From assembly GCA_041484665.1 (NCBI GenBank), contig JBGPIA010000003.1, forward strand, positions 192,001 through 256,000: a DNA stretch of 64,000 bases, given 5' to 3'. Position 1 is the stretch's first letter, and each line of letters starts with the position of its first letter. Under the pieces are notes generated by a model that had not been told where the DNA came from, made no database searches, and saw nothing but the letters and a program-made list of their open reading frames with translations. The position numbers and the translations under genes were made by a program. Of this stretch, positions 1-9,726 are shown piece by piece. The DNA comes from Candidatus Krumholzibacteriia bacterium (GTDB lineage: Bacteria > Krumholzibacteriota > Krumholzibacteriia > JAJRXK01).

Positions 1-269
1 AGCGTGGCGAGGGCGCCGGCGGGCTGCAGCGGCCCCTGCACGGGCAGCACGCCGCAGATCCAACCGGCGCGAGCGTCCAGCAGCTCCACCGGACGTGCGA
101 CGCCGAAGCCAAGCGAGCCCGCGTCGGCCTCCAACCAGCGGGACGCGGGCAGCGTCTCGAGGCGCTGCGGGCCGTCGAAGCCCGCGGCGCGAACGGTTGG
201 GCCGACGCAAGTGGCCATGAGCAGTAGCGCCGTTGCGTGCACCGCAGCAGCGCGGCGGCGCGCGCTCAT
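1..269 (-). CDS. Hypothetical secreted protein, 5' part only (runs off the window)
   Basis: ATG at 269 overlaps the TGA of the upstream gene (ATGA coupling). Reads MSARRRAAAVHATALLLMATCVGPTVRAAGFDGP..., which is signal-peptide-like. Not listed in the ORF track. Confidence 0.55.
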   Translation of the reverse strand, partial: MSARRRAAAVHATALLLMATCVGPTVRAAGFDGPQRLETLPASRWLEADAGSLGFGVARPVELLDARAGWICGVLPVQGPLQPAGALAT

Positions 270-2020
270 CGCCGCCTCCCCAGCACGGTCAGCGCGCGCC
301 AGGTCGCCCCCGGCGCCGCCGGCGTGGCGCCGGCGCGGACCACGACGACGTAGGCGCCCACAGGCGCGGGGCGACCGGCGGCGTCGCGGCCGTCCCACAG
401 CCACTGGCGCAGCGTGCCCCCGCCGTCGTCCTGCCCCAGAGCGAGCACGCGCTCGCCCCCCAGGTCGAGCACCTCCGCCGCCAGCGGGCCGGCGGGCTGC
501 TGCACGTGCAGCAGCACGTGGAGCACGTCACCGTCGCCGTCGGCGTCGGGCGTGAACGGGTTGGGCGTCACCAGCAGCCCGGCGCGCGGCGGCGCGACCG
601 CCGCCGAGAGGTTCGCCCGCCCCGGCGTCGGGTTCCCGGGGGCGGGAAACCACGGCGCCGGGCTGTCGCCGTCGAACAGCCCGCGCTCGATGCTGCGCCC
701 GGCTTCGCGGAGCAGACGCGCATCGTAGGCCAGGTAGTCCACGGCCGCGCCGGCCCGGTCCAGCAGCAGGATCTCGTCGATCACGTCAGCGCCCGCGCCA
801 GCCGTGTTGTTCAAGGAAGGCCAGCCCTCTGCCACGCCCGTGCAGGTCACCGCCGGCGGAAGGGCGCGGCGTTCGCGCAGGCGCTGCGGATCGGCGCTCA
901 GCAGCAGGAACTCGCCCGCGCGCAGCCGCGGCGCGCCGGCAATCGCGTGGGGCGTGCGCGTCGCGTCAGCGATGGACCAGCCGCTGAGATCCACGTCGTC
1001 GTCGCGGCCGATGAGCTCGATCCACTCGGGCTCGCCTTGCTGCGGGCGGGGCATGATCTCGCTGAGAGCGACCGGGCCGGGCCCCACGCGCAGCGGCACG
1101 CGCAGCGTGTCGGCCGGGCCCGGGCTCGCGGGCACCGCCAGCGCGCACAGCGCGTGCGTGCCCTCGGACAGCCACATGACAATCTCCGCCGCCACCGTGT
1201 CGGCGCGCGCGGCCTGCAAGTCCTGCGTGCGCAGCAGTGCTCCATCGAGCTCCCAGCGCAGCTCGCCCTGCTGCGCCGACTCGTACCCGCGAGCCAGCCA
1301 CTGCGTCCGCACGCGCAGCTCGCCGGCCGAAGGCCTCCAGGGCGGATCCGTGCGCGCGCCCAGCGCCACGAAGGCGTGGGCAGCCGCATTGCCGCGGCCG
1401 GGGCTGGGCTGCGGCAGCGCGGCGAAGTCGTGGGCGTTGTCGCCGCTGTCGCTGCCATCAGGCACGCGGCCAAGGCTGGTGCCCGACGGGTCCGGCGCCG
1501 GCCCGCCCTCGCCCAGGCCCGCGAGGTCGCCGTAGGCCAGGCGGTCGAGCGCGCTCGACCCGCGCATCAACCACAGCGCATCGGGCCCGTTCTGCAGCGC
1601 GAGGTCGGCCACCGCGTCGGCGCCCGGCACTTGCGGTCCGCCGATCACGAAGAATCCGCCGGGGGGGACGGTCGCCTGCCCCGTACCGGTCCACTCGGTG
1701 ACCGGCCGCTCTGGATCGGCACCATTGACGAACACCAGCACGCACCCTCCTACAGCGAGCGGCCCGCTGGTGGGATTGAAGAGCTCGACGAACTCGTATC
1801 CGGTGTCGGGTCCGGGCGGATCGTAGAGCACCTCGTTGAGAACCAGATCAGAGGGGGGCGCCGCGCGCGCGGTCGCTCCGTCAACGGACAGGGCGGCAGC
1901 GCAAAGCGGCCGGGCGGGTGCGCGCAGGACGGATGCGCCGATCGCGAAGAGGACGAGCAGCGGTAGAGGCGAACGCAGCGGCGGGCGCGGCGGCACGCTG
2001 CGGTGCGAGGGAACGCACAC
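266..2020 (-). CDS. Secreted lamin-tail-domain (LTD x2) protein with C-terminal FlgD-Ig/T9SS-like sorting domain
   Basis: Two LTD-type starts (LVLNEVLYDP..GYEFVELFN; LSEIMPRP..EPEWIEL), PSPG/PTPG ends, C-terminal PNPFTPD...WDGRDAAGRPAPVGAYVVVV. GTG at 2020 follows AAGGAG. Confidence 0.82.
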   Translation of the reverse strand: MCVPSHRSVPPRPPLRSPLPLLVLFAIGASVLRAPARPLCAAALSVDGATARAAPPSDLVLNEVLYDPPGPDTGYEFVELFNPTSGPLAVGGCVLVFVNGADPERPVTEWTGTGQATVPPGGFFVIGGPQVPGADAVADLALQNGPDALWLMRGSSALDRLAYGDLAGLGEGGPAPDPSGTSLGRVPDGSDSGDNAHDFAALPQPSPGRGNAAAHAFVALGARTDPPWRPSAGELRVRTQWLARGYESAQQGELRWELDGALLRTQDLQAARADTVAAEIVMWLSEGTHALCALAVPASPGPADTLRVPLRVGPGPVALSEIMPRPQQGEPEWIELIGRDDDVDLSGWSIADATRTPHAIAGAPRLRAGEFLLLSADPQRLRERRALPPAVTCTGVAEGWPSLNNTAGAGADVIDEILLLDRAGAAVDYLAYDARLLREAGRSIERGLFDGDSPAPWFPAPGNPTPGRANLSAAVAPPRAGLLVTPNPFTPDADGDGDVLHVLLHVQQPAGPLAAEVLDLGGERVLALGQDDGGGTLRQWLWDGRDAAGRPAPVGAYVVVVRAGATPAAPGATWRALTVLGRRR

Positions 2021-2120
2021 GACGGCTCCTTGCAGGAGGCCGGGGCGCGGGAAGCGTGAAGGCGGAGGCGCGCGGGAGGCGCACGGTCGGCAGAGCCTGG
2101 CAGCGTAGTGACCGGTCGAG

Positions 2121-4406
2121 CTACACAAGCCCCCAGCGCTTGCGCAACGCCCATTCAACTGCCAGGGAGCCCAGCAGCGGTAGCAGCAGCCAGAGGCTGT
2201 CCCACAGGTCGATGCGCCCGGTCAGGACGCTGTCCCGCGCGTGCAGCGGCAGCTCGCGGGCCCAGCGGTCGAGCTCGTCTGGGCGCAGCGTCCGGCCCCC
2301 GGTCATCTGCGCGATGCGCGTCAACGACGCGCGGTCGACCTGGGGATGGCGGAACTCCACCGAGTAGGGATCGATCTCCAGACGCGACCACGGGGCGGTT
2401 ACGCGCCCGGACTTCTCCTCCATGGCCAGGCGCAGCGCGTAGCGCCCCGGCGGAAGCGCCGGCAGGGCGATGGTTCGTCCACCGGGATTGTGCGGATCGA
2501 TCTGCATCGGCGCGCGCCCGGTGGGCTGCGCCGTGGTGTCGCCGGGCGCCACCTCTCCGGCAAGCCACTCGAGCCAGACATCGCTGACGTCATCGGGCTG
2601 CAAGCGCGGATCCAATGCCAGCCCGTGGAGCATGACGTCCTCGCCGGTGGCGAACACGGGCCGCGGTAGAACCAGGCGCAGGCGCGTGCGGTCGCCACCC
2701 TCGGCCAGGAAATAGAGCAGGTTGCCCAGCAGCGCCTCGAAGACGTCCTCGGTCTGCGTCTCGCCCAACCGCCAGAACGACCACGACCACAGCGGCGCGC
2801 CCAGCCACGCTGCCACCGTGCCCTGCCCTCGCTTGCGCACGACCAAGAGCGGTGTGGAGGTGGCCTCGGCCTGCGCACGCAGCAGCTCGTCGGTGTCGGC
2901 GGTCAGGGTGGCGCCGTGCAGCACCTGCCAGAGCGGTGGCAGCTCGTTCAGGCGTTCGTCGAGCGCGCCCAGCTCGGGCGGAAGCAACATCACCGGATGG
3001 CCGCGTCCGGTAGGTGTGACGCGCACGCGGTAGCGCCCCTGGACCCAGCCGGCGCCCGCGCCGAGTCCCAGGGGGAGCAGATCGCGAGCGTTGCGCGGTA
3101 ACGCCGAGAGGTCGACGCTGGAGCCCGGGGGCGCCTCCCCCAATAGTACGAGCAGCCCCGCGCCGCCCTCGATCGCCGCTGGCACCGCGCTGCCTTCCGC
3201 GCACAGCGTGGCGAGATCGGTGAGCGAGCCGGCGATCCAGGTATCGACCCGCCGCGCCTGCCGGGGTGAGGTGGGAACCGTCCAGCTGCTATCGGTGCCC
3301 GCCACCCGCCAGCCATCCTCGGCCCGGTAGACGCCGGTGAGCTTGAAGCGGCGGTCCCGCGCCGTCCGGCGGGCCAGGAAGTGGAAGTTCCAGCTGGGAC
3401 GCTCCTCCAGGAGCACCAGGCGCAGCCGCTCCTTGCGCACCTCCACTCCGACCTGGGCGGCGTTGTTCTGCTGCAGGTGCTCCCCCGGCGCGGGCTCGAC
3501 GCGCAGGGTCCACGAGCGCATCCCCAGACTGTCGGCTCGGACGCGGAAGGTGATCGGGAAGCGCCCCCCGCCCTGCGGCCACTGCACGCGCACGCTGTCC
3601 ACCGGCCCGCGCTCCCCGCGCAGGACCGCCGTAGTCGAGCCCGCCGCGATCCCATCGGCGACCACCTCGGCGTCGACTTGCAGGGTCTCGCCGCGATACA
3701 CCAACGGCGGGTAACGCACGCGATCGAGGCGCAGGTCGGCGGGCCCGATGCTGTCCCCGACGGCCACTGCGTACACGGGCACGTGGATCCCTTGCAGCGA
3801 GGGCGAGCGCGCAGCGGTAGTCACGCCGTCGGTGAGCAGCAGGATGGCGGCGAGGTTGTCCTCGAGGTGGTGCTGGGCGGCCGAGATCAGCAGGGCGGGC
3901 AGGTCGGTGCCCTCGCTGCTAGTGGAGGTGGAGGGAGGCACGGCCTCGCTCAAGGGCACCGAGGCGTGCAGGCGTGTGGAGCCTTCCCCGGCCCACAGCC
4001 GCGCGCCCTCGCCGCGGCCGCGCAACCGGGTGAGCGCCTGATCGCGGAGCGCGCGCGCCTGCTGGGCGCGCGTCATGCCTCCCTCGCCCTCGATGCCCAT
4101 GCTCCCGCTGTCATCGGTGAGCACGAGCACGCCCGGCGCAACGTGCACCTGCTTCTGCTGCTGCAGCACCGGCTCGGCCAGCATCGCAACGAGCAGAAAC
4201 AGCGCCAGCGCGCGCAGCGACGTGAGCGCGGCGCGCCGGACGCCTGCGAGCTCGGGCTCGGTGCGCCGGTAGACCAGGGTCGCAAAGACGATCCCGGCCG
4301 CGGCTAGGGCGACACTCAAAGCCAGCGCGCCGGTGCCGCCTGCCGCAAAACGCAGCGTGGCCGCAGTCGAAGTGGTCAGCGTGAAGGGGCTCGCGGAAGG
4401 AGTCAC
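2121..4406 (-). CDS. Membrane-anchored VWA-domain protein with Ig-like and GATase-like domains
   Basis: Two N-terminal TM segments, MIDAS DDSGSM...TDL...LLTDG, C-terminal TM LLLPLLGSLAVEWALRKRWGL typical of this family. Start approximate. Confidence 0.78.
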   Translation of the reverse strand: MTPSASPFTLTTSTAATLRFAAGGTGALALSVALAAAGIVFATLVYRRTEPELAGVRRAALTSLRALALFLLVAMLAEPVLQQQKQVHVAPGVLVLTDDSGSMGIEGEGGMTRAQQARALRDQALTRLRGRGEGARLWAGEGSTRLHASVPLSEAVPPSTSTSSEGTDLPALLISAAQHHLEDNLAAILLLTDGVTTAARSPSLQGIHVPVYAVAVGDSIGPADLRLDRVRYPPLVYRGETLQVDAEVVADGIAAGSTTAVLRGERGPVDSVRVQWPQGGGRFPITFRVRADSLGMRSWTLRVEPAPGEHLQQNNAAQVGVEVRKERLRLVLLEERPSWNFHFLARRTARDRRFKLTGVYRAEDGWRVAGTDSSWTVPTSPRQARRVDTWIAGSLTDLATLCAEGSAVPAAIEGGAGLLVLLGEAPPGSSVDLSALPRNARDLLPLGLGAGAGWVQGRYRVRVTPTGRGHPVMLLPPELGALDERLNELPPLWQVLHGATLTADTDELLRAQAEATSTPLLVVRKRGQGTVAAWLGAPLWSWSFWRLGETQTEDVFEALLGNLLYFLAEGGDRTRLRLVLPRPVFATGEDVMLHGLALDPRLQPDDVSDVWLEWLAGEVAPGDTTAQPTGRAPMQIDPHNPGGRTIALPALPPGRYALRLAMEEKSGRVTAPWSRLEIDPYSVEFRHPQVDRASLTRIAQMTGGRTLRPDELDRWARELPLHARDSVLTGRIDLWDSLWLLLPLLGSLAVEWALRKRWGLV

Positions 4407-4595
4407 TCTGCTTCGCTCACCGCGAGAGGCGCCAACTGCCCCGCGCGAGCCGCGCCCGGATGGGGGCCGGCTCCGCGTGCCGCGGGACCGGGAGGCGGTG
4501 GGATGTCGCAAGACAGTCTACGGCGAAAAGCAGCGGCTCCGCCAGTGAGGCGGAGCCGGTGCGCGGGAAGAGCGATGGATCGGCGGTCGCGCCGG

Positions 4596-4961
4596 TCAGG
4601 AGGCGTGGGCGACGGCGGCCACCCGGGCATCCTCGACGGTGGGATAGGCCTCGAGGATGTTCTGGAACTCCAGCAGCTCGAAGACCTCGTAGACGTCGGG
4701 CACCATTCCCACCAGCTTCAAATCGCCGCCATTCTCGCGGATCTCGCGGATGACCGAGATGAAGATCCCCCAGCCCGCCGAGCTGATATAGGAGACCTTT
4801 CCAAGGTCCACGATGAGGTTGTAGCGGCCGTTCTGGATGAGCCGCTTCAGCTCCCGTTCGAGGTCCACGGAGGTGGTGGTGTCGATGTACCCGGAGACCT
4901 CGAGGGCATCCAGGTTCGCCTTCGGATCGATGGTGCGCGTGGAAACCGAGATACCTTCCAT
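4596..4961 (-). CDS. STAS-domain anti-sigma-factor antagonist (RsbV/SpoIIAA-like)
   Basis: SGYIDTTT...LIVDLGKVSYISSAGWG...GGDLKL...VYEVFELL; phosphoacceptor Ser motif present; GGAG upstream of the ATG. Confidence 0.92.
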   Translation of the reverse strand: MEGISVSTRTIDPKANLDALEVSGYIDTTTSVDLERELKRLIQNGRYNLIVDLGKVSYISSAGWGIFISVIREIRENGGDLKLVGMVPDVYEVFELLEFQNILEAYPTVEDARVAAVAHAS

Positions 4962-5110
4962 CGCGTGCCCAGCTCCTTTGCGGCCGGCCCCAGGGGGCCA
5001 ACTCGTTGCGATTCTTCGTGTTGCTCCTGCAGCCGCCCCCGCACCGCGTGCCGGCCTTCTGCGGGCGGTCACAGGCCAGGACAGGTCCGTGCAAGGTTCG
5101 GTCCAACGAG

Positions 5111-7696
5111 CTAGGGCAAGGAGGGCACGGCCGCGTCCGGCGCTGCGGGGCCTGCCGGCCCAACGTCGGGCAGGTCAACGTCCGACGCCGTTGCGCCTGG
5201 CGAGAGCGCGCCCAGCGCCGGCGCGTTGTGCGGCGGGGCGCCGCTGCCGCCGCCACCGGATGCGGTCCCCGGATCCGCGGGGTTGCCGCCGGAGGTCGCC
5301 CCGGCGCGGGGCGCCCACCCGCGTCGCCGCAGGTACGCCAGACGCAGCTCCTTGTTGTTGAGGCGCATGCGCACCAGCTCGTCGTAGACCACCCGATCGT
5401 CGACCGTGTGGCCGGTCTCCTCCAGGAGCCCGGCCAGACGCTTCGCGCCCAGGTCGGGATGGGCGCGGATGTGCGCCAGGAGCGCCCGGCGCTCCTCCAT
5501 GTTGAGCCGCCGCAGGGGCGTGGCGGCGGCGGGTACGGGTGCGAGCAGACCCTGCTCGCCCCCCTCGTCGCGCAGCTTGCGCCACCGGTAGTACGTGGAG
5601 GTCGAGACGCCGTAGCGGCGGCAGGCCTCCTCGACCGCGATCGCGTCACGCTCCACCAGGTCGAAGAGGCCGCGCCGGCGTTCCGCCTCCAGCTCGGCGG
5701 GACGCAGCTTCTCCTTGATCGCGACCACCGTGATGTCGTCGTGCTGGGGGATCTCACCGGTGAAGGCGGCCACGTCGCGCTTGAGCTCCTCGATGAACTC
5801 GCCGGCACCGCGACGGCCGTGCTGGCGCAGGCAGGCCACCATCCGATCGATGCCATACTGCTCGCGCTGTTGGTTCATCGCTTCGGTCACGCCGTCGGTG
5901 TAGACCAGCAGCATGTCGTCCTGCTGCAGCTGCACCCGCTCGACGTCGATGGTGCGCCCGAAGAGGCCGGGATCGGGCAGCGAGATCCCCACGGGGAAAC
6001 CCCGCGGATTGAGGAAGAAGACCTCGTCGGTCTCTGCGCGCAGGAGCAGCATCGGGTTGTGGCCGGCCGACGAGTAGCTGATCACCCGGGTGTGCGAGTC
6101 GAGGATCACGTAGAAGAGCGTGATGAACATCCCCTTGCGCATGTCGTCGGTCACGAAGGCGTTCATGCGCGTCATGACGTCGGAGGCCGAGTAGTTGCCG
6201 CGGGCCTCCATGCGCAGGGCGGTGCGGATCATGGTCATCACCAGCGACCCGGGCACCCCCTTGCCCGAGACATCGGCTACGACAACCCCGATCGTGTCGT
6301 CGTCCACCACGACGAAATCGTAGTAGTCGCCACCGACCTCCATGGCCGCCTTGTAGAAGGCAGCGATATCGTAGCCGCTGACCTCCGGATAGCGCTTGGG
6401 GAGCAGCGTCTCCTGGATCTCGCGAGCCACCTGCATCTCCTTCTGCAGGCGCTCCTTCTCGACGACGTGGCTCTGGGCCTGGCGGAACTTCGCGGTGATC
6501 TCGTTGAAGGCCCGGGCGATGGTCGAGATCTCCTCGGGACCCTCCTCCTGGATCTCCTCGTGCAGCATGCCGTCGCCGATGGCGAGCACGCCCTCGGTGA
6601 GCCGCTGGATCGGCCGTACGAAGAGGTTGACCATCAGCGAGATGAGCACCATCCCCAGCACCAGTACGCCGATCCCCAACAGCAGCGTGCGGCGCAGCGC
6701 CCGGCCGATCTCGGAGGTGACCTGGTCCTTCGCCACGCCCAGCACCACCGTACCGACCTCCACCGGCGAGGCGCCCTGCCCTTCCAGGCGTACAGACGCG
6801 CGCAGCTCCCAGATGGCGCGCCCGGTGCCGTCCCGCAACGCGAGCCACTCGCCGCCGCTTCCGCGCCACAGCCCAACGCCCTCGCTGGGGCGGTACGGCT
6901 CGAAGATTCTGTCGAGGCGGCTGTCGCACCAGACCGTTCCGTCGAGCTTGCGGACGACCCGGACGTACACCAGAGCGGGGTCGTGGCGCACCAGATCGGA
7001 CACGCTCTGGTTCAGCAGCGTGCGCTCGAGGCCGTATGGCTTCCCCTCCGCGAGCACGCTCACGGCGTCGCCGGCCAGCTGGCGGGCGGTGAGCTCGATG
7101 CGGCCGCGGGCATCGCGCAGCGTCACGCTGCGCTGATGGCTGTAGACGACGCCCAGCGCGCAGGCCGTGAGCGCGCACAGGCCCAGGCTGGCGCGCAGGA
7201 AGAACTTCATGCGCAGGCTGTGGGTCAGCCCGGTGGGCTCCACGCCCGGGATCAGCCGATCCACCCAGCGGCGGCGGTCCAAGCGCAGCAGGAGCTCGTT
7301 GGTGCCATTGCGGCTGGTGTACGCCACCGCGTCCATGATCTGGTTGATCAGGTAGACGCCCAGGCCGCCGCGTTTGCCGATCGCCACGTAATGGTTGAGG
7401 TCGGGCGTCTGCACGGCGTCGAACTCGAACGACGCTCCTGTGTCGCGGATGCGGATGTCCAGGTGGCCGTGCCCGTAGCGCACCAGCAGCTCGATGGTGC
7501 CGCCGCCGTCGTGGTAGGCGTGACGAACGATGTTAGTGCAGGCCTCGTCGACGGCCAGCTTGCAGTTGCTGATCTCGACGGCAGAGATGCCGGCGCTGCG
7601 TCCGAGGCGCTCGATGAAGTCGCGGACCTCGCGTAGGTGGATCTCGCTGGCCTCGACCTTGAGGGTGGCGGTGCGCGCCGTGCGCCGGATCATCAC
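5111..7696 (-). CDS. Fusion: RsbW-like HATPase kinase + 2TM sensor + HAMP + SpoIIE/PP2C phosphatase + C-terminal tandem HTH
   Basis: N-box LAVDEACTNIVRHAY, IRDTG, GGLGVYLI; two TM helices; HAMP RPIQRLTEG..EEISTIARAFN; PP2C motifs GGDYYDF, VADVSGKG, YTDGVTEA, DDIT; HTH VEEACRRYGVSTSTYYRWRK. Confidence 0.9.
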   Translation of the reverse strand: MMIRRTARTATLKVEASEIHLREVRDFIERLGRSAGISAVEISNCKLAVDEACTNIVRHAYHDGGGTIELLVRYGHGHLDIRIRDTGASFEFDAVQTPDLNHYVAIGKRGGLGVYLINQIMDAVAYTSRNGTNELLLRLDRRRWVDRLIPGVEPTGLTHSLRMKFFLRASLGLCALTACALGVVYSHQRSVTLRDARGRIELTARQLAGDAVSVLAEGKPYGLERTLLNQSVSDLVRHDPALVYVRVVRKLDGTVWCDSRLDRIFEPYRPSEGVGLWRGSGGEWLALRDGTGRAIWELRASVRLEGQGASPVEVGTVVLGVAKDQVTSEIGRALRRTLLLGIGVLVLGMVLISLMVNLFVRPIQRLTEGVLAIGDGMLHEEIQEEGPEEISTIARAFNEITAKFRQAQSHVVEKERLQKEMQVAREIQETLLPKRYPEVSGYDIAAFYKAAMEVGGDYYDFVVVDDDTIGVVVADVSGKGVPGSLVMTMIRTALRMEARGNYSASDVMTRMNAFVTDDMRKGMFITLFYVILDSHTRVISYSSAGHNPMLLLRAETDEVFFLNPRGFPVGISLPDPGLFGRTIDVERVQLQQDDMLLVYTDGVTEAMNQQREQYGIDRMVACLRQHGRRGAGEFIEELKRDVAAFTGEIPQHDDITVVAIKEKLRPAELEAERRRGLFDLVERDAIAVEEACRRYGVSTSTYYRWRKLRDEGGEQGLLAPVPAAATPLRRLNMEERRALLAHIRAHPDLGAKRLAGLLEETGHTVDDRVVYDELVRMRLNNKELRLAYLRRRGWAPRAGATSGGNPADPGTASGGGGSGAPPHNAPALGALSPGATASDVDLPDVGPAGPAAPDAAVPSLP

Positions 7697-9726
7697 TCCC
7701 TCCCGCCGCCGCCCTCTGCATCCGCTGCCGCGCTCTGCTTCTCGCCCAGATGCTCCATGCGCGTGCGCGCCTCACGGATGTTGCTCAGCGCTCCCGGATT
7801 GCCGGGGTCGATCTGCAGGATCTGCTCCCACTGCGCGATCGCCTCGCCGTAGAGCCCCGCGGTGAACTTGGAGAGCCCGGCGAGGTAGAGGCGCCGCACT
7901 TGCGCCTCGTGCTCGGGCGACAATGGCGCCGGACCTGCCAGCGCGCGGCGGGCGCGCTCCGCAAGCTCCCGGGCCTCGCGGTGCTCGGGAACCTGCGCGA
8001 GGATCTGCTGGGCAAGAGCCAGCGCCTGTTCCACCCGGCCGTCGGCGAAGGCCTGCAGCGCCTCGGTGTAGCGGTGCGCAAGCGTCAGCTGGGCCCCCGC
8101 TTGCGCCGCGCGCGTGCGGGCCCCTTGCAGATCGTCGCGCAGGCGCGCGATCTCCTGGTGCGCAGTGGAGTCTTGCGGCGCGAGCCGCAGCACGTCCGAC
8201 CACGCCTGCAGCGCCGCCAGCCAATCCCCCTGCTGCTGCGCCTGCCGCGCCGCGTCGGCCTGCTGCGCCGCCGCGGCTTCCAGCTTCACCGCCAGCTCGT
8301 CGCGGTAGCGGGCGAGCAGGGGGTGGTCGGCGGCGAGCTCCGCTAGCCGGTCGAATGCGCCACGCGCCCGCAGGGGATCGCCCCCGTCCAGTGCGGTACG
8401 CACCTGGTCGGCGGCCCCCGCGACGCGGGCAGCACGCTCGCGGAGATCCTGCGTCGAGACGGCCTCCTGCGCGCGGGCCGCGGCCAGCTCCTGCGCAACG
8501 GCGGCGACGTCCTGCGCGCTCGCGCGCAGGCCCGCCGCCCGCTGCAGCTCGCGCTCGGCGCCGGTCAGGTCAGAGGCCGCGAGCAGCCGATGCGCTTGCT
8601 GCAAGCTCGAGTCGGCCTGCGCCGCGAGCCAGGCCTGCACGGCCTGCTGCGTGGCCTGTTGCAGCGCGACGGCCCGTTGGCGCTCGGCGCGGTCGCGGCG
8701 CTCCGCGATCGTCTGCCCGACCCTCCAGGTGAGCGTGAAATAGTGGCTGGCCCCGAGCTCGCTGCCCGACTGGAAGGCGTAGTCCAGCGCATAGGCGCGC
8801 CAGCGACCGCCCGCGCCCACGCCCACGCGGCCGCCAGCCACACCCAGGCGCGCGCTCCACCCCGCGGGCAGCTCCGCCTCGGCGGCCAGACCGATGCGCG
8901 CGTCAGCATACTGGGCATGCTCGTAAGAGGCGGCCAGGCGCACGGACGGTCCTGGGCCGCTGCGCAGCTGCCAGCTCGCGGCGTAGCGCGCAGTGTGCGG
9001 CAGCGTGTCCTCGCGCTCGACCAGGCGGAACGAGGGAGCGATCACGTCCTGGAACGCGGCCGCCACCGAGAGCCGCGGCACGCGGGGCGGGTGGAAGCGC
9101 AGGCCGCAGTCGAGGCCGCCGCTGGTGGCGCTCTCCCCCACCTCCAGCCAGTGCACCTTGGCCGTCAGGCCCAGGTCCACGCGTCCGCCCAGCCACGGGA
9201 TCCGCACGCCGCTGCCGTACCCCAATAGGAGTTGCGTTTGCGCGAAGTCGATGCTACCCGTCGGGCGGCTGGCCGCATCGTAGGCGGGGATGCCGCTCAC
9301 GCCCACGCGCAGCAGCGCCACCCCGAAGCCGCCCGCACCCAGCGTCGGCACGACTACGCCCGCGTATTGCAGGGTCGTCCCATCGGGCCCTGCGGCCAGA
9401 CGGTTGTGGCTGAAGCTGAGCTGCGTGATGGGAGCGCGGCGCAGCAACGCCGGGTTCCAGAACGTTGCACTGGCGTCCTCCCCCAGCACGACCATGGAGG
9501 CGCCGAGGCTGATCCCACGTGCGGTGGGGCCGAAGCGGAACGGTCCCTCGGTGCCACCGCCATCGTCGGCGGCGGCGGGCCCCGCCGGGAGAGCCGCCAG
9601 AGCCGCCAACTCCAGGAGCACGACGCCGGCCAGCCAGGCGGCCGTGCGGCCAGCGCCCGCACCTCGCGCGTTCCGGTCACGCACGTCAAGCGCGCCGCCG
9701 CGCTGCGGGAGTAGCCGTGCGCTCAT
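7693..9726 (-). CDS. PorV/PorQ-family outer-membrane barrel fused to C-terminal coiled-coil/TPR repeats
   Basis: GPTARGISLG...DASATFWNPALL (PorV/FadL-like start), barrel end LDYAF..ELGASHYFTLTW, then helical TPRs (AIAQWEQILQIDPGN). Confidence 0.83.
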   Translation of the reverse strand: MSARLLPQRGGALDVRDRNARGAGAGRTAAWLAGVVLLELAALAALPAGPAAADDGGGTEGPFRFGPTARGISLGASMVVLGEDASATFWNPALLRRAPITQLSFSHNRLAAGPDGTTLQYAGVVVPTLGAGGFGVALLRVGVSGIPAYDAASRPTGSIDFAQTQLLLGYGSGVRIPWLGGRVDLGLTAKVHWLEVGESATSGGLDCGLRFHPPRVPRLSVAAAFQDVIAPSFRLVEREDTLPHTARYAASWQLRSGPGPSVRLAASYEHAQYADARIGLAAEAELPAGWSARLGVAGGRVGVGAGGRWRAYALDYAFQSGSELGASHYFTLTWRVGQTIAERRDRAERQRAVALQQATQQAVQAWLAAQADSSLQQAHRLLAASDLTGAERELQRAAGLRASAQDVAAVAQELAAARAQEAVSTQDLRERAARVAGAADQVRTALDGGDPLRARGAFDRLAELAADHPLLARYRDELAVKLEAAAAQQADAARQAQQQGDWLAALQAWSDVLRLAPQDSTAHQEIARLRDDLQGARTRAAQAGAQLTLAHRYTEALQAFADGRVEQALALAQQILAQVPEHREARELAERARRALAGPAPLSPEHEAQVRRLYLAGLSKFTAGLYGEAIAQWEQILQIDPGNPGALSNIREARTRMEHLGEKQSAAADAEGGGGRE

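Noticed and set aside
5330..5700. Insertion sequence
   Set aside because: Only in-frame HTH domains; no DDE domain, terminal inverted repeats or target duplication.
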